Shown here: piece after piece, positions 1 to 12,743 of the stretch
Layout of the letters: every line of letters begins with the position of its first letter
How positions within the stretch are numbered: the first letter of the stretch is position 1
Source: Octopus vulgaris
Lineage: Eukaryota
Assembly: GCA_951406725.2 (NCBI GenBank)
Contig: OX597828.1
Coordinates: 3,100,001-3,164,000, forward strand
Length of the DNA: 64,000 bases
Direction of reading: 5' to 3'
The notes under the pieces: model-generated
Databases searched by the model: none
What the model saw: the letters and a program-made list of their open reading frames with translations, nothing else
What the model was told of the DNA's origin: nothing
Made by a program: the position numbers and the translations under genes

Positions 1-99
1 TAGCTGAAAAAACATTCTTTAAAATGGCTTCAAGTGTTATGAGCTATACTCAGCTATCTGTGTATATATAATATATACATATTTACATATATACATACA

Positions 100-147
<48 letters not shown>

Positions 148-213
148 GGTCCCGGGTTGATTCGGGGTTAACCACAGTAAGTAAGGTACTCAATACATAG
201 CAGAGTAAAATTA

Positions 214-671
214 ATTTATTATATAGAAGGAGCTTCTACAGGACTAGTACTGTTTCATTCAAGAGAAATCTTCAGGAAGCTATTTAACAAGAATTGTATT
301 AGCATTTATACATTTAGGCAGGTTTAAAGGAGTGGTGGTGGGGGACTTTTGGGGGTAGGCATAGCGCAAAATATCATACTTGGGGAGTGGTCAAGGAGTC
401 AGTGGTAAGTTAGATGAAAGAATAGATAAATAAAAAAATAAAAAAATAAAAAAATAAAAAATAAAAAAATAAAATAAAAAAATAAAAAAATAAAAAATAT
501 AAAAAATATATATAAAAAATATATATATAAAAATATATATATAAAAAAATATATATATAAAAAAAGGGGGGATAGAGTTATAGGTAAATAAGGAGATTCT
601 CACTTATACCTATACACACATGTATACGTATCTACACACACATACATACATACACATATATATACACACAC

Positions 672-718
<47 letters not shown>

Positions 719-1596
719 CATATGTACACACATACATACATATCTACATACACACATACATACACCCGCCCACATATACAAATTTATACACATGCACATG
801 CCTATACCTGTCTACACATACACACACGTATATATGCATACACTCACTCCCATGCATGCACGCATACACACATGTATATATATATATATATATACCCACG
901 ACCACACATACATATATACACATAAAAATATATATTCATACGCACATACACTCATGCACACACAACACACCTAGTTCCCTATATACACATATTTACACCT
1001 ATATATACATACACCCACATACACCTATGTACACATATATATATATATAAACATATACACGCATACATATATATACATGTGTGCACATACATACATACAC
1101 ACATATATACATACACATACACATACACATGTGTACCTATACATACCTACACATACACACATACATACATACAAATATACATATACATATATATATATAC
1201 AATCCAATACAGGCCCATTCCCTAATTTTAATTTTATTATCTTCATTTATTACTTTTGTTATCTTTGATCGCTAGGGCTAAGAATCCTGGCAATGGCTGC
1301 ATGTCCATTTGTCTGTCTACTAGAAGGCAAGTACTCATTCCCGCACGCACACTCATTAGCACGTACATTCACCCATTCGTACACTCATACACATACACGT
1401 ACGCACGCGTTATATTCATACATACAAACATCTACATACGTTCACGTATATACACATACGTACTCGTACCTACAGATTCGTGTCTACACTTTAGGAGGCT
1501 AGTCTATACATATACACCAATAAATATACATATATATATATATACCCGCATATACATACACACACACACATATATACTCCTACATACAGATACATA

Positions 1597-1656
<60 letters not shown>

Positions 1657-1836
1657 CATACACATACACACATACATATACACACACATACATACACATA
1701 TATATACATACACAAACATATATACACACATATATATATACATACACACATACACACATACATACGTATACATACATACATACATCCATACATCCATACT
1801 TACATGCATTTATACGCATACACACACCCATCTATA

Positions 1837-1873
<37 letters not shown>

Positions 1874-2152
1874 TCACACATACATATACAAATCTACGCA
1901 CACACATACATACATACACGTATACGCATACACGCACATACACATATACATGCGTACCCATACACGTGCACACACGCACGCGCATCCATATATATACACA
2001 CACACACATATATATACACGTGTGCAAGCATACATACATACTCATACGCGCACACATACTTACAAATACATATATGCACACACTTACACACATATATATA
2101 CATACACATATACATGCATACATACATATATGCATACATACACACACGCACT

Positions 2153-2193
<41 letters not shown>

Positions 2194-2256
2194 TATATAC
2201 ATATATAGATATATATACACATACATACACATACACATACATACACACATATACAC

Positions 2257-2291
<35 letters not shown>

Positions 2292-2496
2292 TACATATAT
2301 ACACATATACATACATATACATACACACACACATACATATATACATATACACTGATACACATACCCATACATACACATGCATATACTTATATCACTACAT
2401 ACTCACATATATAAACATATATACATATACACACATACATATATACATGTACATACACATACGTATGCATATATATATATATACATATATATACAC

Positions 2497-2535
<39 letters not shown>

Positions 2536-2542
2536 TACATAT
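214..2542. repeat. Left arm of ~2.3 kb inverted repeat
   Basis: Reverse complement of 4755-7059; unique anchors match (e.g. 1262-1345 vs 5950-6032, 231-410 vs 6858-7042). Differences are mostly (TA)n length changes. Confidence 0.97.
231..281 (-). ncRNA. Type I hammerhead ribozyme (PLE 3' end, sense strand)
   Basis: Minus strand reads AGCUUC-CUGAAGA-UUUC UCUU GAAU-GAAA-CAG UACUAGUC CUG-UA-GAAGCU: 6-bp stem I, canonical core, weak stem II, stem III, GUA cleavage triplet. Confidence 0.85.
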
Positions 2543-2793
2543 ACACATATACATGTATACATACGCAAAAATGATACACATATATACACATACACACACA
2601 CAGACAGATGCATATACATACATATATATATATAAACTACATATCTATATAAATACATACATAATACACATATACACACACATATATATACATTCATGCA
2701 TATACATATACAAGTATACATACACATACATACACACACACGCGCACACATACATATACACACACACATATACAAATACATACATACACACAT

Positions 2794-2826
<33 letters not shown>

Positions 2827-3195
2827 CATACATGTACACATATACATATGTATATATATATCAACAAGGGAGGGTAAAGTTAATTAGTTATTAATCAATT
2901 TCATCAAGTGTTCAGTATGTAAAGGGACCATTATTATTTTGAGTAAACAATGTTAGAGGGAAAAAAATTCTCTAAGTAGTGGAAGAGGCTAAAAAACTTT
3001 ATTGGCTGCTATTTCTAGAAAGTTTAGTATGTGGCAAAGTAATTTATTTTATTTTCCTAAGCCCTAATTATATAATATTTTATACATACATACACATACA
3101 TAAGCACATACATTTACACATACATATGCATATACATATATACACATATACATACAAACACATATACACATATACACACACACACACATACAAGC

Positions 3196-3236
<41 letters not shown>

Positions 3237-3465
3237 AATATATATACATATATATTTTTACATGCATACATACACACACACACACATAATACATGCGTAT
3301 ATTCCTACTGTACCCATGCATTTCTATACATATATACATACATACATACGATACACATATACAAGCGTGCACATATAATATGTGAAAGGTCTTAGGAGAA
3401 AAGGTAATCGGGGGTGCTAGGGGAACAGTGGGGTTGGGGGGGGGGTTGTAGGGGGGGGGTTGTCA

Positions 3466-4128
3466 TCAATCAGGTTGCCGGGTAGGTCTATAGTTCTTGT
3501 AGTTCGCATACTTCTTATGCATGCAATTTGGGGAGTGTTCTGAAAATTTGTTAAGGAGAGGGCCTTTGGCGAACAAGATCTCTAGGCTCTCTGATATGCA
3601 TAGGTCACAGCAGGTATGTCCTCCTGTGTACGAGCGCGCCTTCTGTAGTAGTTTCCACTTGGTCTTGAAGGGGATTGAGTTCCTTTTAAGGTACCAGATG
3701 TGGGCGGCGAGGGTAGTTTGGTTGGATTTATCCTGTCGCCGGAACGAGTGTGTATGTGCATACCAGCGGGTCTTAAAGCTGTTTGACGTCATTCCAATGT
3801 AGGATTTACTTTTATCGTCAAGGCCTGATCTTACCTCGCATTTATATACTAGGTCCCTCTGTAGGCAGTTGTTGTTGAGGGGGCAGGTGGTTTTATCATG
3901 GCAGTTGCAATTGCTATCGGACGTTGGATGGGCCCCGGAGAAAGTAGATATGTTAAGTTTTTTCACATTGTTGTTGGCTAGGTTCCTGGCTAGGTTGGGC
4001 GTGGTAGAGTAGGAGAGTCTAATAGTGTTCTTATTTAGGATAGTGTAGTACTTATGTTGGGTGGGGAAGTGTTTCTGTAGGAGAGTGAAAAAGATCTTAG
4101 CTACAGGTGTAGCGACCTCACGGTTGAA
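3466..4128 (-). pseudogene. PLE linker + GIY-YIG endonuclease domain (continuation of the RT ORF after a 1-nt frameshift)
   Basis: Open frame from 4128 (FNREVATPVAKIFFTLLQKHFP...) into ORF 3466-3966: CNC..CPLNNNC, LVYKC...SYIGMT..FKTRW..H (GIY-YIG) and CDLCISE...CMH. I associate this motif pattern with the Naiad-type PLE clade, but the clade call needs a phylogeny. Confidence 0.88.
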
Positions 4129-4751
4129 GGGGGGTTGTACCAGCTAATGTGTCTTCGTCTATTTTTCCTGGGTTGGCGTGGGGCTATACTAGTGTAGGTA
4201 ATCTTATCTTTAAAACCACTGCGGGCCAGGGCCTCGTTGTAATAGGGGGCTGCGGCCTTAAAGATATCTTCCGTGGCGGACAGGCTAGAGATTCTAATTG
4301 AGACACTTTTTACTAGGTTATCTAATATATTTCTGGGGTGGTTGGAATTGATATCTATATATCTAAGGGATTCATTTGGTTTGTGGTACGGGTAATAAAG
4401 TGAGGTTTTTAAGTCGAGGGTGACATCTAGGAAGTTAGCCTTAGTTAAGTTGGATTCTAGGGTAATCCTAAGGCCTAAGTTTTTAAAGAAGGTGTGAAGA
4501 TTTTTCCGGAACCCATCCGTGGTCCTGGGGTTTATATTGTGGAGGGCGAAAAGGCCGTCATCTCGGTAAAGACCACCGGAGAGGCCTGTGAATAGGGTTT
4601 TCAGCCTATGGAGGATGAAAAGGCCCACTAGGTCACTTATTTCAGCAGAGTCGTTAGCACCCATGCTGACGTCGAAGGGGGTCACAGATTTTTTGTTGAT
4701 CCAGTGGGATCCGTCATAGAAAAGAAAAGTCTTACGTGCGTGGAGGATCAC
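4129..4751 (-). pseudogene. Penelope-type reverse transcriptase, C-terminal part (5'-truncated)
   Basis: ORF 4101-4751 contains MGANDSAEISDLVG, GGLYRDDGL (catalytic), NFLDVTLDL, YHKPNE..YI..SNHP and WYNPP motifs typical of PLE RTs. The N-terminus is cut at the inversion junction (~4754), and the frame shifts in the G6 run at 4129-4134. Confidence 0.9.
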
Positions 4752-4754
4752 ATC

Positions 4755-4761
4755 ATATGTA

Positions 4762-4802
<41 letters not shown>

Positions 4803-5009
4803 GTGTATATATATGTATATATATATATATATGCATACGTATGTGTATGTACATGTATATATGTATGTGTGTATATGTATATATGTTTATATATGTGAGT
4901 ATGTAGTGATATAAGTATATGCATGTGTATGTATGGGTATGTGTATCAGTGTATATGTATATATGTATGTGTGTGTGTATGTATATGTATGTATATGTGT
5001 ATATATGTA

Positions 5010-5046
<37 letters not shown>

Positions 5047-5109
5047 GTGTATATGTGTGTATGTATGTGTATGTGTATGTATGTGTATACATATCTATAT
5101 ATGTATATA

Positions 5110-5151
<42 letters not shown>

Positions 5152-5428
5152 TGCGTGTGTGTATGTATGCATATATGTATGTATGCATGTATATGTGTAT
5201 GTATATATATGTGTGTAAGTGTGTGCATATATGTATTTGTAAGTATGTGTGCGCGTATGAGTATGTATGTATGCTTGCACACGTGTATATATATGTGTGT
5301 GTGTGTATATATATGGATGTGCGTGCGTGTGTGCACGTGTATGGGTACGCATGTATATGTGTATGTGCGTGTATGCGTATACGTGTATGTATGTATGTGT
5401 GTGCGTAGATTTGTATATGTATGTGTGA

Positions 5429-5465
<37 letters not shown>

Positions 5466-5645
5466 TATAGATGGGTGTGTGTATGCGTATAAATGCATGT
5501 AAGTATGGATGTATGGATGTATGTATGTATGTATACGTATGTATGTGTGTATGTGTGTATGTATATATATATGTGTGTATATATGTTTGTGTATGTATAT
5601 ATATGTGTATGTATGTGTGTGTATATGTATGTGTGTATGTGTATG

Positions 5646-5699
<54 letters not shown>

Positions 5700-6569
5700 T
5701 ATGTATCTGTATGTAGGAGTATATATGTGTGTGTGTGTATGTATATGCGGGTATATATATATATATGTATATTTATTGGTGTATATGTATAGACTAGCCT
5801 CCTAAAGTGTAGACACGAATCTGTAGGTACGAGTACGTATGTGTATATACGTGAACGTATGTAGATGTTTGTATGTATGAATATAACGCGTGCGTACGTG
5901 TATGTGTATGAGTGTACGAATGGGTGAATGTACGTGCTAATGAGTGTGCGTGCGGGAATGAGTACTTGCCTTCTAGTAGACAGACAAATGGACATGCAGC
6001 CATTGCCAGGATTCTTAGCCTAGCGATCAAAGATAACAAAAGTAATAAATGAAGATAATAAAATTAAAATTAGGGAATGGGCCTGTATTGGATTGTATAT
6101 ATATATATGTATATGTATATTTGTATGTATGTATGTGTGTATGTGTAGGTATGTATAGGTACACATGTGTATGTGTATGTGTATGTATATATGTGTGTAT
6201 GTATGTATGTGCACACATGTATATATATGTATGCGTGTATATGTATTATATATATATATGTGTACATAGGTGTATGTGGGTGTATGTATATATAGGTGTA
6301 AATATGTGTATATAGGGAACTAGGTGTGTTGTGTGTGCATGAGTGTATGTGCGTATGAATATATATTTTTATGTGTATATATGTATGTGTGGTCGTGGGT
6401 ATATATATATATATATATACATGTGTGTATGCGTGCATGCATGGGAGTGAGTGTATGCATATATACGTGTGTGTATGTGTAGACAGGTATAGGCATGTGC
6501 ATGTGTATAAATTTGTATATGTGGGCGGGTGTATGTATGTGTGTATGTAGATATGTATGTATGTGTGTA

Positions 6570-6616
<47 letters not shown>

Positions 6617-7053
6617 GTGTGTGTATATATATGTGTATGTATGTATGTGTGTGTAGATACGTATACATGTGTGTATAGGTATAAGTGAGAATCTCCTTAT
6701 TTACCTATAACTCTATCCCCCCTTTTTTTATATATATATTTTTTTATATATATATTTTATATATATATTTTTTATATATATTTTTTATATTTTTTATTTT
6801 TATTTTATATTTTTTTATTTTTTATTTTTTTATTTTTTTATTTATCTATTCTTTCATCTAACTTACCACTGACTCCTTGACCACTCCCCCAAGTATGATA
6901 TTTTGCGCTATGCCTACCCCCAAAAAGTCCCCCACCACCACTCCTTTAAACCTGCCTAAATGTATAAATGCTAATACAATTCTTGTTAAATAGCTTCCTG
7001 AAGATTTCTCTTGAATGAAACAGTACTAGTCCTGTAGAAGCTCCTTCTATATA

Positions 7054-7059
<6 letters not shown>
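4755..7059. repeat. Right arm of ~2.3 kb inverted repeat
   Basis: Reverse complement of 214-2542. It begins immediately after the truncated RT 5' end and ends in (TA)n. Confidence 0.97.
6992..7042 (+). ncRNA. Type I hammerhead ribozyme (copy in inverted arm)
   Basis: agcttc(6992-97) ctgaaga(6998-7004) tttc-tctt-gaat gaaa(7017-20) cag-tactagtc-ctg ta(7035-36) gaagct(7037-42). Identical to the 231-281 copy. Confidence 0.85.
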
Positions 7060-7112
<53 letters not shown>

Positions 7113-7160
7113 GAATTTACAAAAAACAAAAGGCGAAGACAGGTGTATAAACAATGGAAG

Positions 7161-7196
7161 TCTTTTACGTTTCGAGCCTACGCTCTTCAATAGAAA
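7161..7196 (-). ncRNA. Degenerate minimal hammerhead motif in a short repeat fragment
   Basis: Minus strand: UUU-CUAUUGA-A-GAGC GUAG GCUC-GAAA-CG-UA-AAA. Stem II and GAAA-CG-UA are intact; the CUGANGA box is mutated. Confidence 0.45.
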
Positions 7197-7201
7197 TATA
7201 T

Positions 7202-7290
<89 letters not shown>

Positions 7291-7293
7291 GTG

Positions 7294-7630
7294 AAGGCGC
7301 ATGGCTCAGTGGTTAGAGCGTCGAGCTTACGATCGTGAGGTTGTGAGCTCGAATCCTGGACCGCGCTGCGTGTTGTGTTCTTGAGCAAGACACTTTATTT
7401 CACGTTGCTCCAGTTAACTCAGCTGTATAAATGAGTTGCGACGTCACGGGTGCCAAGCTGTATCGGCCCTTTGCCTTTCCCTTGGATAACACTGGTGGCG
7501 TGGAGAGAGGAGGCCGGTATGTATGGGTGACTGCTGATCTTCCATAGAACCACCTTGCCCAGACTTGTGACTAGGAGGGTAACTTTCTAGGTGCTATCCC
7601 ATGGTCAGTGTCGTGACCGAAGGGGGTCCC
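7294..7630 (+). mobile_element. tRNA-derived SINE (family A)
   Basis: A-box tggctcagtgg, B-box-like gagctcgaatcc, then a cttgagcaagacact CORE-like block; followed by (TATC)n. Confidence 0.8.
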
Positions 7631-7640
7631 GACTCAACAT

Positions 7641-7730
<90 letters not shown>

Positions 7731-8681
7731 GTGTACACACATATGCGCGCGCACGCACACATATAGCTACTTATCTGCTCTTTTGTGGACATGATATATA
7801 AAGATTTAACCTTTTAAAAATACGTACCTGTGTTGTTTATACTACGAATATAAAATATTCCTTCACATATATTTGAATACATAGACTTATACACTTGTAA
7901 ATAACCCGTCACAAACAGATATACATCTATATATTATTTGTCTGTATACGAGTGTGTGTATACGTATTGCTTTGTATAATCAACTACACATGTAGCTAAA
8001 ACTCATATATTCATACACATATAAAATATATTTCTATATGATAAAAATAATTTATAGAATATTTTAAAAAATTCAGGGTATATTAACAAAAATTGCTGAA
8101 GTCTGGGTTTTATTCCGTCTGCTGTCATTTTTTTGTTAAAGAAACTAAAAATGATGTAATTGGCAGTTTGAGATTCTCAGCGTTCTTAATGTATATGCAA
8201 AACAAATAATATCTGTCGGTAGCCTGAAGTAAGTTTTAACCGAAAGAAAAAAAATAAATAAATAAGCAACAAAATAAAATGCTAACCCTGTTTTACAATA
8301 ATTACTTTGTCTAGTTTCTGGATTTATACAATATCGATTATATGAGCTTGCATAAGGTTTTAGATATTTTTTAGTGGCTTCGAATGTCTCGTTTTTCTAA
8401 ACTTGTACTTGTTGCTCAGGCTGGGGTCTGCCCTTATAGAGCAACCCATGATCAATGGTATTCCAGCCGTGACTGTCACGTCTCTTAATGAAGCATATTT
8501 TAATCTATATTACATCACATAATGCATTTTAAAAAATGTTTTTAAGACGAGAGGATGCCATTTGAGGGAAATTAGTTGTTATTTATTGTAGGTCGAGTCT
8601 ACATAGAAATTCCCACGTTTTCAATGTCAGTCGTTTAAAAGCAATCGCGCTATTAGTGAGTATGGTTAGATTCTTCTAGAT

Positions 8682-8939
8682 CAGTGGTTCTCAACCACTT
8701 TTTCGTGCCTATGGAACCTTTTGATTCCTATTTTATTCAAGAAGGTAGGATCTCATAGCCATTTGATATCCAAAATTTCCTATTATATTTTTATGATTAA
8801 AAATCATTAGGGCATGTACGAAACACGCTTAAATATTTTATGAATTTAGAAATATAACCAATTTATTGCACATATATTTTAACAACAAGATCTTATATGG
8901 ACCCTCAAGGGCCATATGGACCCCAGTTGCGAACCACTG
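8682..8939. mobile_element. hAT (Charlie-type) MITE
   Basis: TIRs cagtggttctcaac / gttgcgaaccactg; 8-bp TSD-like ttctagat / ttttagac matching the NTCTAGAN preference of hAT-Charlie. Confidence 0.8.
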
Positions 8940-9476
8940 TTTTAGACTCTATCCAAAATAAAGGATGCCTACCTGGGTAGACAAAAATAAACACACTAAT
9001 GAAATATCATTTGTTAGTAGCTTCAAAGTGACAAAAGGGAAGTGAATTGATTACTATAAAGAAGTGAAGCAGAGAAAGAGACTTAAATTGTGGGCAACTC
9101 AGCCTCTAATGAGCTTTTCTTGCTGAAGACTGATAGTAAACTACACCACCGAAGACTGCAGCTTATCATTAAAATTTCAATGACGTATTATTATTGAATC
9201 CTCGCAATATATTCAATAACTGTTTGATAAATATTGTCAAAAAGTAATTAAAATATTTGTTTCTATGTATCCCAATGAATTGGTCGAATTATTTAACTGG
9301 GATGTAGAATTATGCAGGTAGATAATCACTTGCTTATTCAGAATATATTTGTAGACTACGATCAACGATCAACAATGTAAATAAACTTCCTAACGACTGG
9401 TTGAGAGAGTTCGGCAAACAGTAAGCAGTAATCAGGAAATGTTGCTTCGAGTTCCACTTCGACGGTGTCATGTTGC

Positions 9477-9507
<31 letters not shown>

Positions 9508-9734
9508 GGTGGCAGTAATGATGGCATCGTTTTGCTCCAGCATGACCATTATTTCGGAAGGGCGGTCGTATTTAATACTCACCCGAGTCGGTTCTCATAG
9601 GATTATTTCGCTAGTGAGCAACACCGGGAGCTGTAAACTGTGGGTGTTAATTTGCAGCCGTCTTCCTATTTTCTGTTTCATTTTTCACGTTGATTAACAT
9701 TCTTTCTTATTTCTTGTGCAAGCATTACCATATG

Positions 9735-9878
9735 GGCGCAGGCATGGCTGTGTGGTTAATAAGTTTGGTTTGCAAACACGAGGTTTCGGGTTTCGTGCGT
9801 CACCTAAGGTGAATGTCATTCACAATGTTCCAGCCGACCAATGCATTGTGAGTGAATTTGGTAAACGGAAACGTCGTG
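9735..9878 (+). mobile_element. SINE family B, 5' fragment
   Basis: ggcgcaggcatggctgtgtggtt...gccgaccaatgcattgtgagtgaatttggtaaacggaaac, homologous to 56981-57140. Confidence 0.7.
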
Positions 9879-9898
9879 TATATATACATATATATGTG

Positions 9899-9998
<100 letters not shown>

Positions 9999-10112
9999 CA
10001 CATATATATGTATATATACACGACGTTTAATGTAACATATTGTATAGATAAATTTCCTCTATTTACATAATATTGAGGTCTCTTTCTTTCTTTTGTTATC
10101 TTACCGTTTTAT

Positions 10113-10149
<37 letters not shown>

Positions 10150-10680
10150 CGGAACATCGACGTTCAAGTGGGCATAAATAAACTTGTGAGTTTAAGTCCC
10201 TACGAGAAAGTAATAAACTGCAACTTGGAAGATAAGCATGAGTGATACGGAATCAGTCTTTAGCTCAATCTTCATTCCAAGCTCAACGTGGTCTATTTTA
10301 CACTGAGACTGTGTGTTTTACGTTGAAAAAAGATTATGATTGACATACAGCGTATGTATATTCTCTTGGTCTTCCATTGGTTAATGTTGACCACGCAGCT
10401 GTGCTTAAAGGTTCAGCTCCCTGGGCAAGATTGAGAAAGATCAGCAGTTATCCATGCAATCAAATCACCCCTCATCAAAATCGAAGGGAATGCTGCCATC
10501 ATGGGCCGATATAGCTTTGCACCAGAGTTGTTACAGATGATATTCTAAGAAAGTAAAGAACAGAAAAACACATTGCAAGAAGAGTGAATCGTAACAAATA
10601 CTACGATGCATTCCTTCCAACACTCTAGCTATTATTTCTATACGACACCAGGTGTGTGATTGTGAGTGTGTGTATATCTA

Positions 10681-11145
10681 CAGCGTGTCCTAGAAAGGTT
10701 TAGCCATGCTTAAACTCTTCCCCCAAAATATCTACATTTTACATAAAGATTTGCATATGTTCATGCTTCTATTGTTTCGTTCGTCTATAACGGGCTTGTA
10801 AACAAACATGGCGTCGAAAACAAAGTGTGACCAGATTCTCGCTTTGAAAACAACTGGAGTGAGCAACAAGGACATATCGAAACCGTTGAATGTGTGCCGT
10901 AAAACTGTTCAGTACCTTGAATCGATGTATGGAATCCGCTGCTACCTTTAGCAAGACAATTCCTGGTAGGAAACGATCAATTCATACCAGACAATCTACT
11001 GTGAAGAAGCGAGTGAACCGAAATCCTTGAAAATTGCAAAAGCTCTTAATATTTCGAAATAGTAAATGCACAACATTTTAAAAGAGGATTTAAAACTAAC
11101 TGCATACAAGAAACTATCCCGGTAGTTAATTTCAGCAGCTTTCAA
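10681..11145 (+). pseudogene. Tc1/mariner-superfamily transposon remnant (5' end and HTH region)
   Basis: TA|CAGCGTGTCC terminus. From 10808 it reads MASKTKCDQILALKTTGVSNKDISKPLNVCRKTV, then IAKALNISK*..ILKEDLKLTAYK (paired HTH), with stops and frameshifts. Confidence 0.65.
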
Positions 11146-11562
11146 GTGTATTCAGGTTTATTTATGCAGTTGCCATGTGTGTATATGTACAAGTCATTGC
11201 ATTTGTATATATTTACATATATACTCTTTCTTCCGATTCTGCAAGCACATTAATATCAATACACCTACAATAATGCACATAACAATGTCTGATCGTGTAC
11301 TCATTTATATCTGTGTATGTATGTATGTATTCATGCAGTGGGACTGAACCCGGACTGAACCCACACAGCCACGCCTGCGTCTATGTATGCATTGTATGTA
11401 TGTCTCTCTCTTTCTTTCACACTCTCTCTTTGTCTGTATAGATTCATAGATATACAGACAGCGTATGATTATACATGCGTATTTGTTAATTTATATATTT
11501 GAAGAAAAATGCCAATTTATATACTTATACATGTGTACAATAATGTTTATGTTTATATGTTT

Positions 11563-11600
<38 letters not shown>

Positions 11601-12024
11601 GTTGTGTGTAGATACGTTTATATGGCCCTTGTGGTTAGAATTATTTATATCAATACAGCTGTTCATATATCTAATTTTAACATTTTTATTCCGTTTTATG
11701 TAACTTGGTGATTGTTGTTTTTCACTTATTTGCTTTTTCCATCTCTTCATTGTCTACATATATTTTTTGAGTACGTATATTTCATGACATACGTTTGCTT
11801 TTGTGTATATACATATATGTATGTATGTGGGTTTTGTGTGTGTACATGCCTTTGTACACGTATGTGTGAATATGCATTTGTGTCTGTGTCTGTATGTATA
11901 TATATTTACATATATATACTTCAGTATATACTTATATGACTGCATGTATGCATATACATACATACACATACACACACATATGCATGCATACATACATACA
12001 TATACATACAGCAGTCACTATATA

Positions 12025-12171
12025 ATAAGTAGCTTGCTTACCAATCACATGTTTCTGGGTTCAGTCCCACTGCGTGGCACCTTGGATAAATGTCTTCTGC
12101 TATAGCCTCGGGCCGACCAAAGCCTTGTGAGTGAATTTGGTAGACGGAAACTGAAAGAAGCACCTCGTAAG

Positions 12172-12247
<76 letters not shown>

Positions 12248-12415
12248 TGTGTGTCTGTGTTTTTTCCCCCCATCGCTTATTGGTGTGTTTACGTCCCCGA
12301 AATTTAGCGCTTCAGCAAAAGAGACCGACAGGCTTACAAAGAATAAGTTCTGGGGGCGATTTGTTCGACTAAAGGCGGTGCTCCAGCATGGTCGCAGTCA
12401 AACACGTAAAAGAAT
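12025..12415 (+). mobile_element. SINE family B with internal (TA)/(TG) microsatellite
   Basis: gggttcagtcccactgcgtggcaccttgg...gcctcgggccgaccaaagcc...aaggcggtgctccagcatggtcgcagtcaa; matches 56981-57500. Confidence 0.85.
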
Positions 12416-12541
12416 AATATATATATATTTTATATTTAGGAGCGGTCAAAAATGTTGTTGAGTTCTTGTTAAAAGGCGACCTTTGTAAATCTTTTGGTTT
12501 GAGATCCTTTCATTCAATTTTGGTATGGTGTGCCCATATTT

Positions 12542-12599
<58 letters not shown>

Positions 12600-12692
12600 T
12601 CACATACACATGCATCCACACATCTGCACATGCATGTATACATCCATCCATCCATCCATCCATCCATCCACACAGACAAATTCACTCACACA

Positions 12693-12743
<51 letters not shown>

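Larger units (their letters stand above)
145..7059 (-). mobile_element. Penelope-like retroelement (PLE), 5'-truncated, with inverted copy of its 3' region, inserted in (TA)n
   Basis: Minus-strand RT plus GIY-YIG coding region at 3466-4751, followed by a ~3.3 kb 3' region ending near 145. An inverted copy of that 3' region sits at 4755-7059. Both ends abut (TA)n runs and both arms carry a hammerhead motif. Confidence 0.92.

Noticed and set aside
620-3395. Long ORFs rich in Y/I/H/T or V/C/M (e.g. 459 aa at 1256-2635), and similar ones throughout the window
   Set aside because: Translations of TA/CA/TATG repeats, which lack stop codons; no protein-like complexity.
3466-3966. Selenocysteine recoding, reported for some Naiad PLEs
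   Set aside because: No in-frame TGA at the cysteine positions in the visible ORF, and no SECIS recognised.
9577-9637. Minus-strand tttacag...gtgagt 48-nt exon candidate
   Set aside because: Stop codons in all three frames and no other support.
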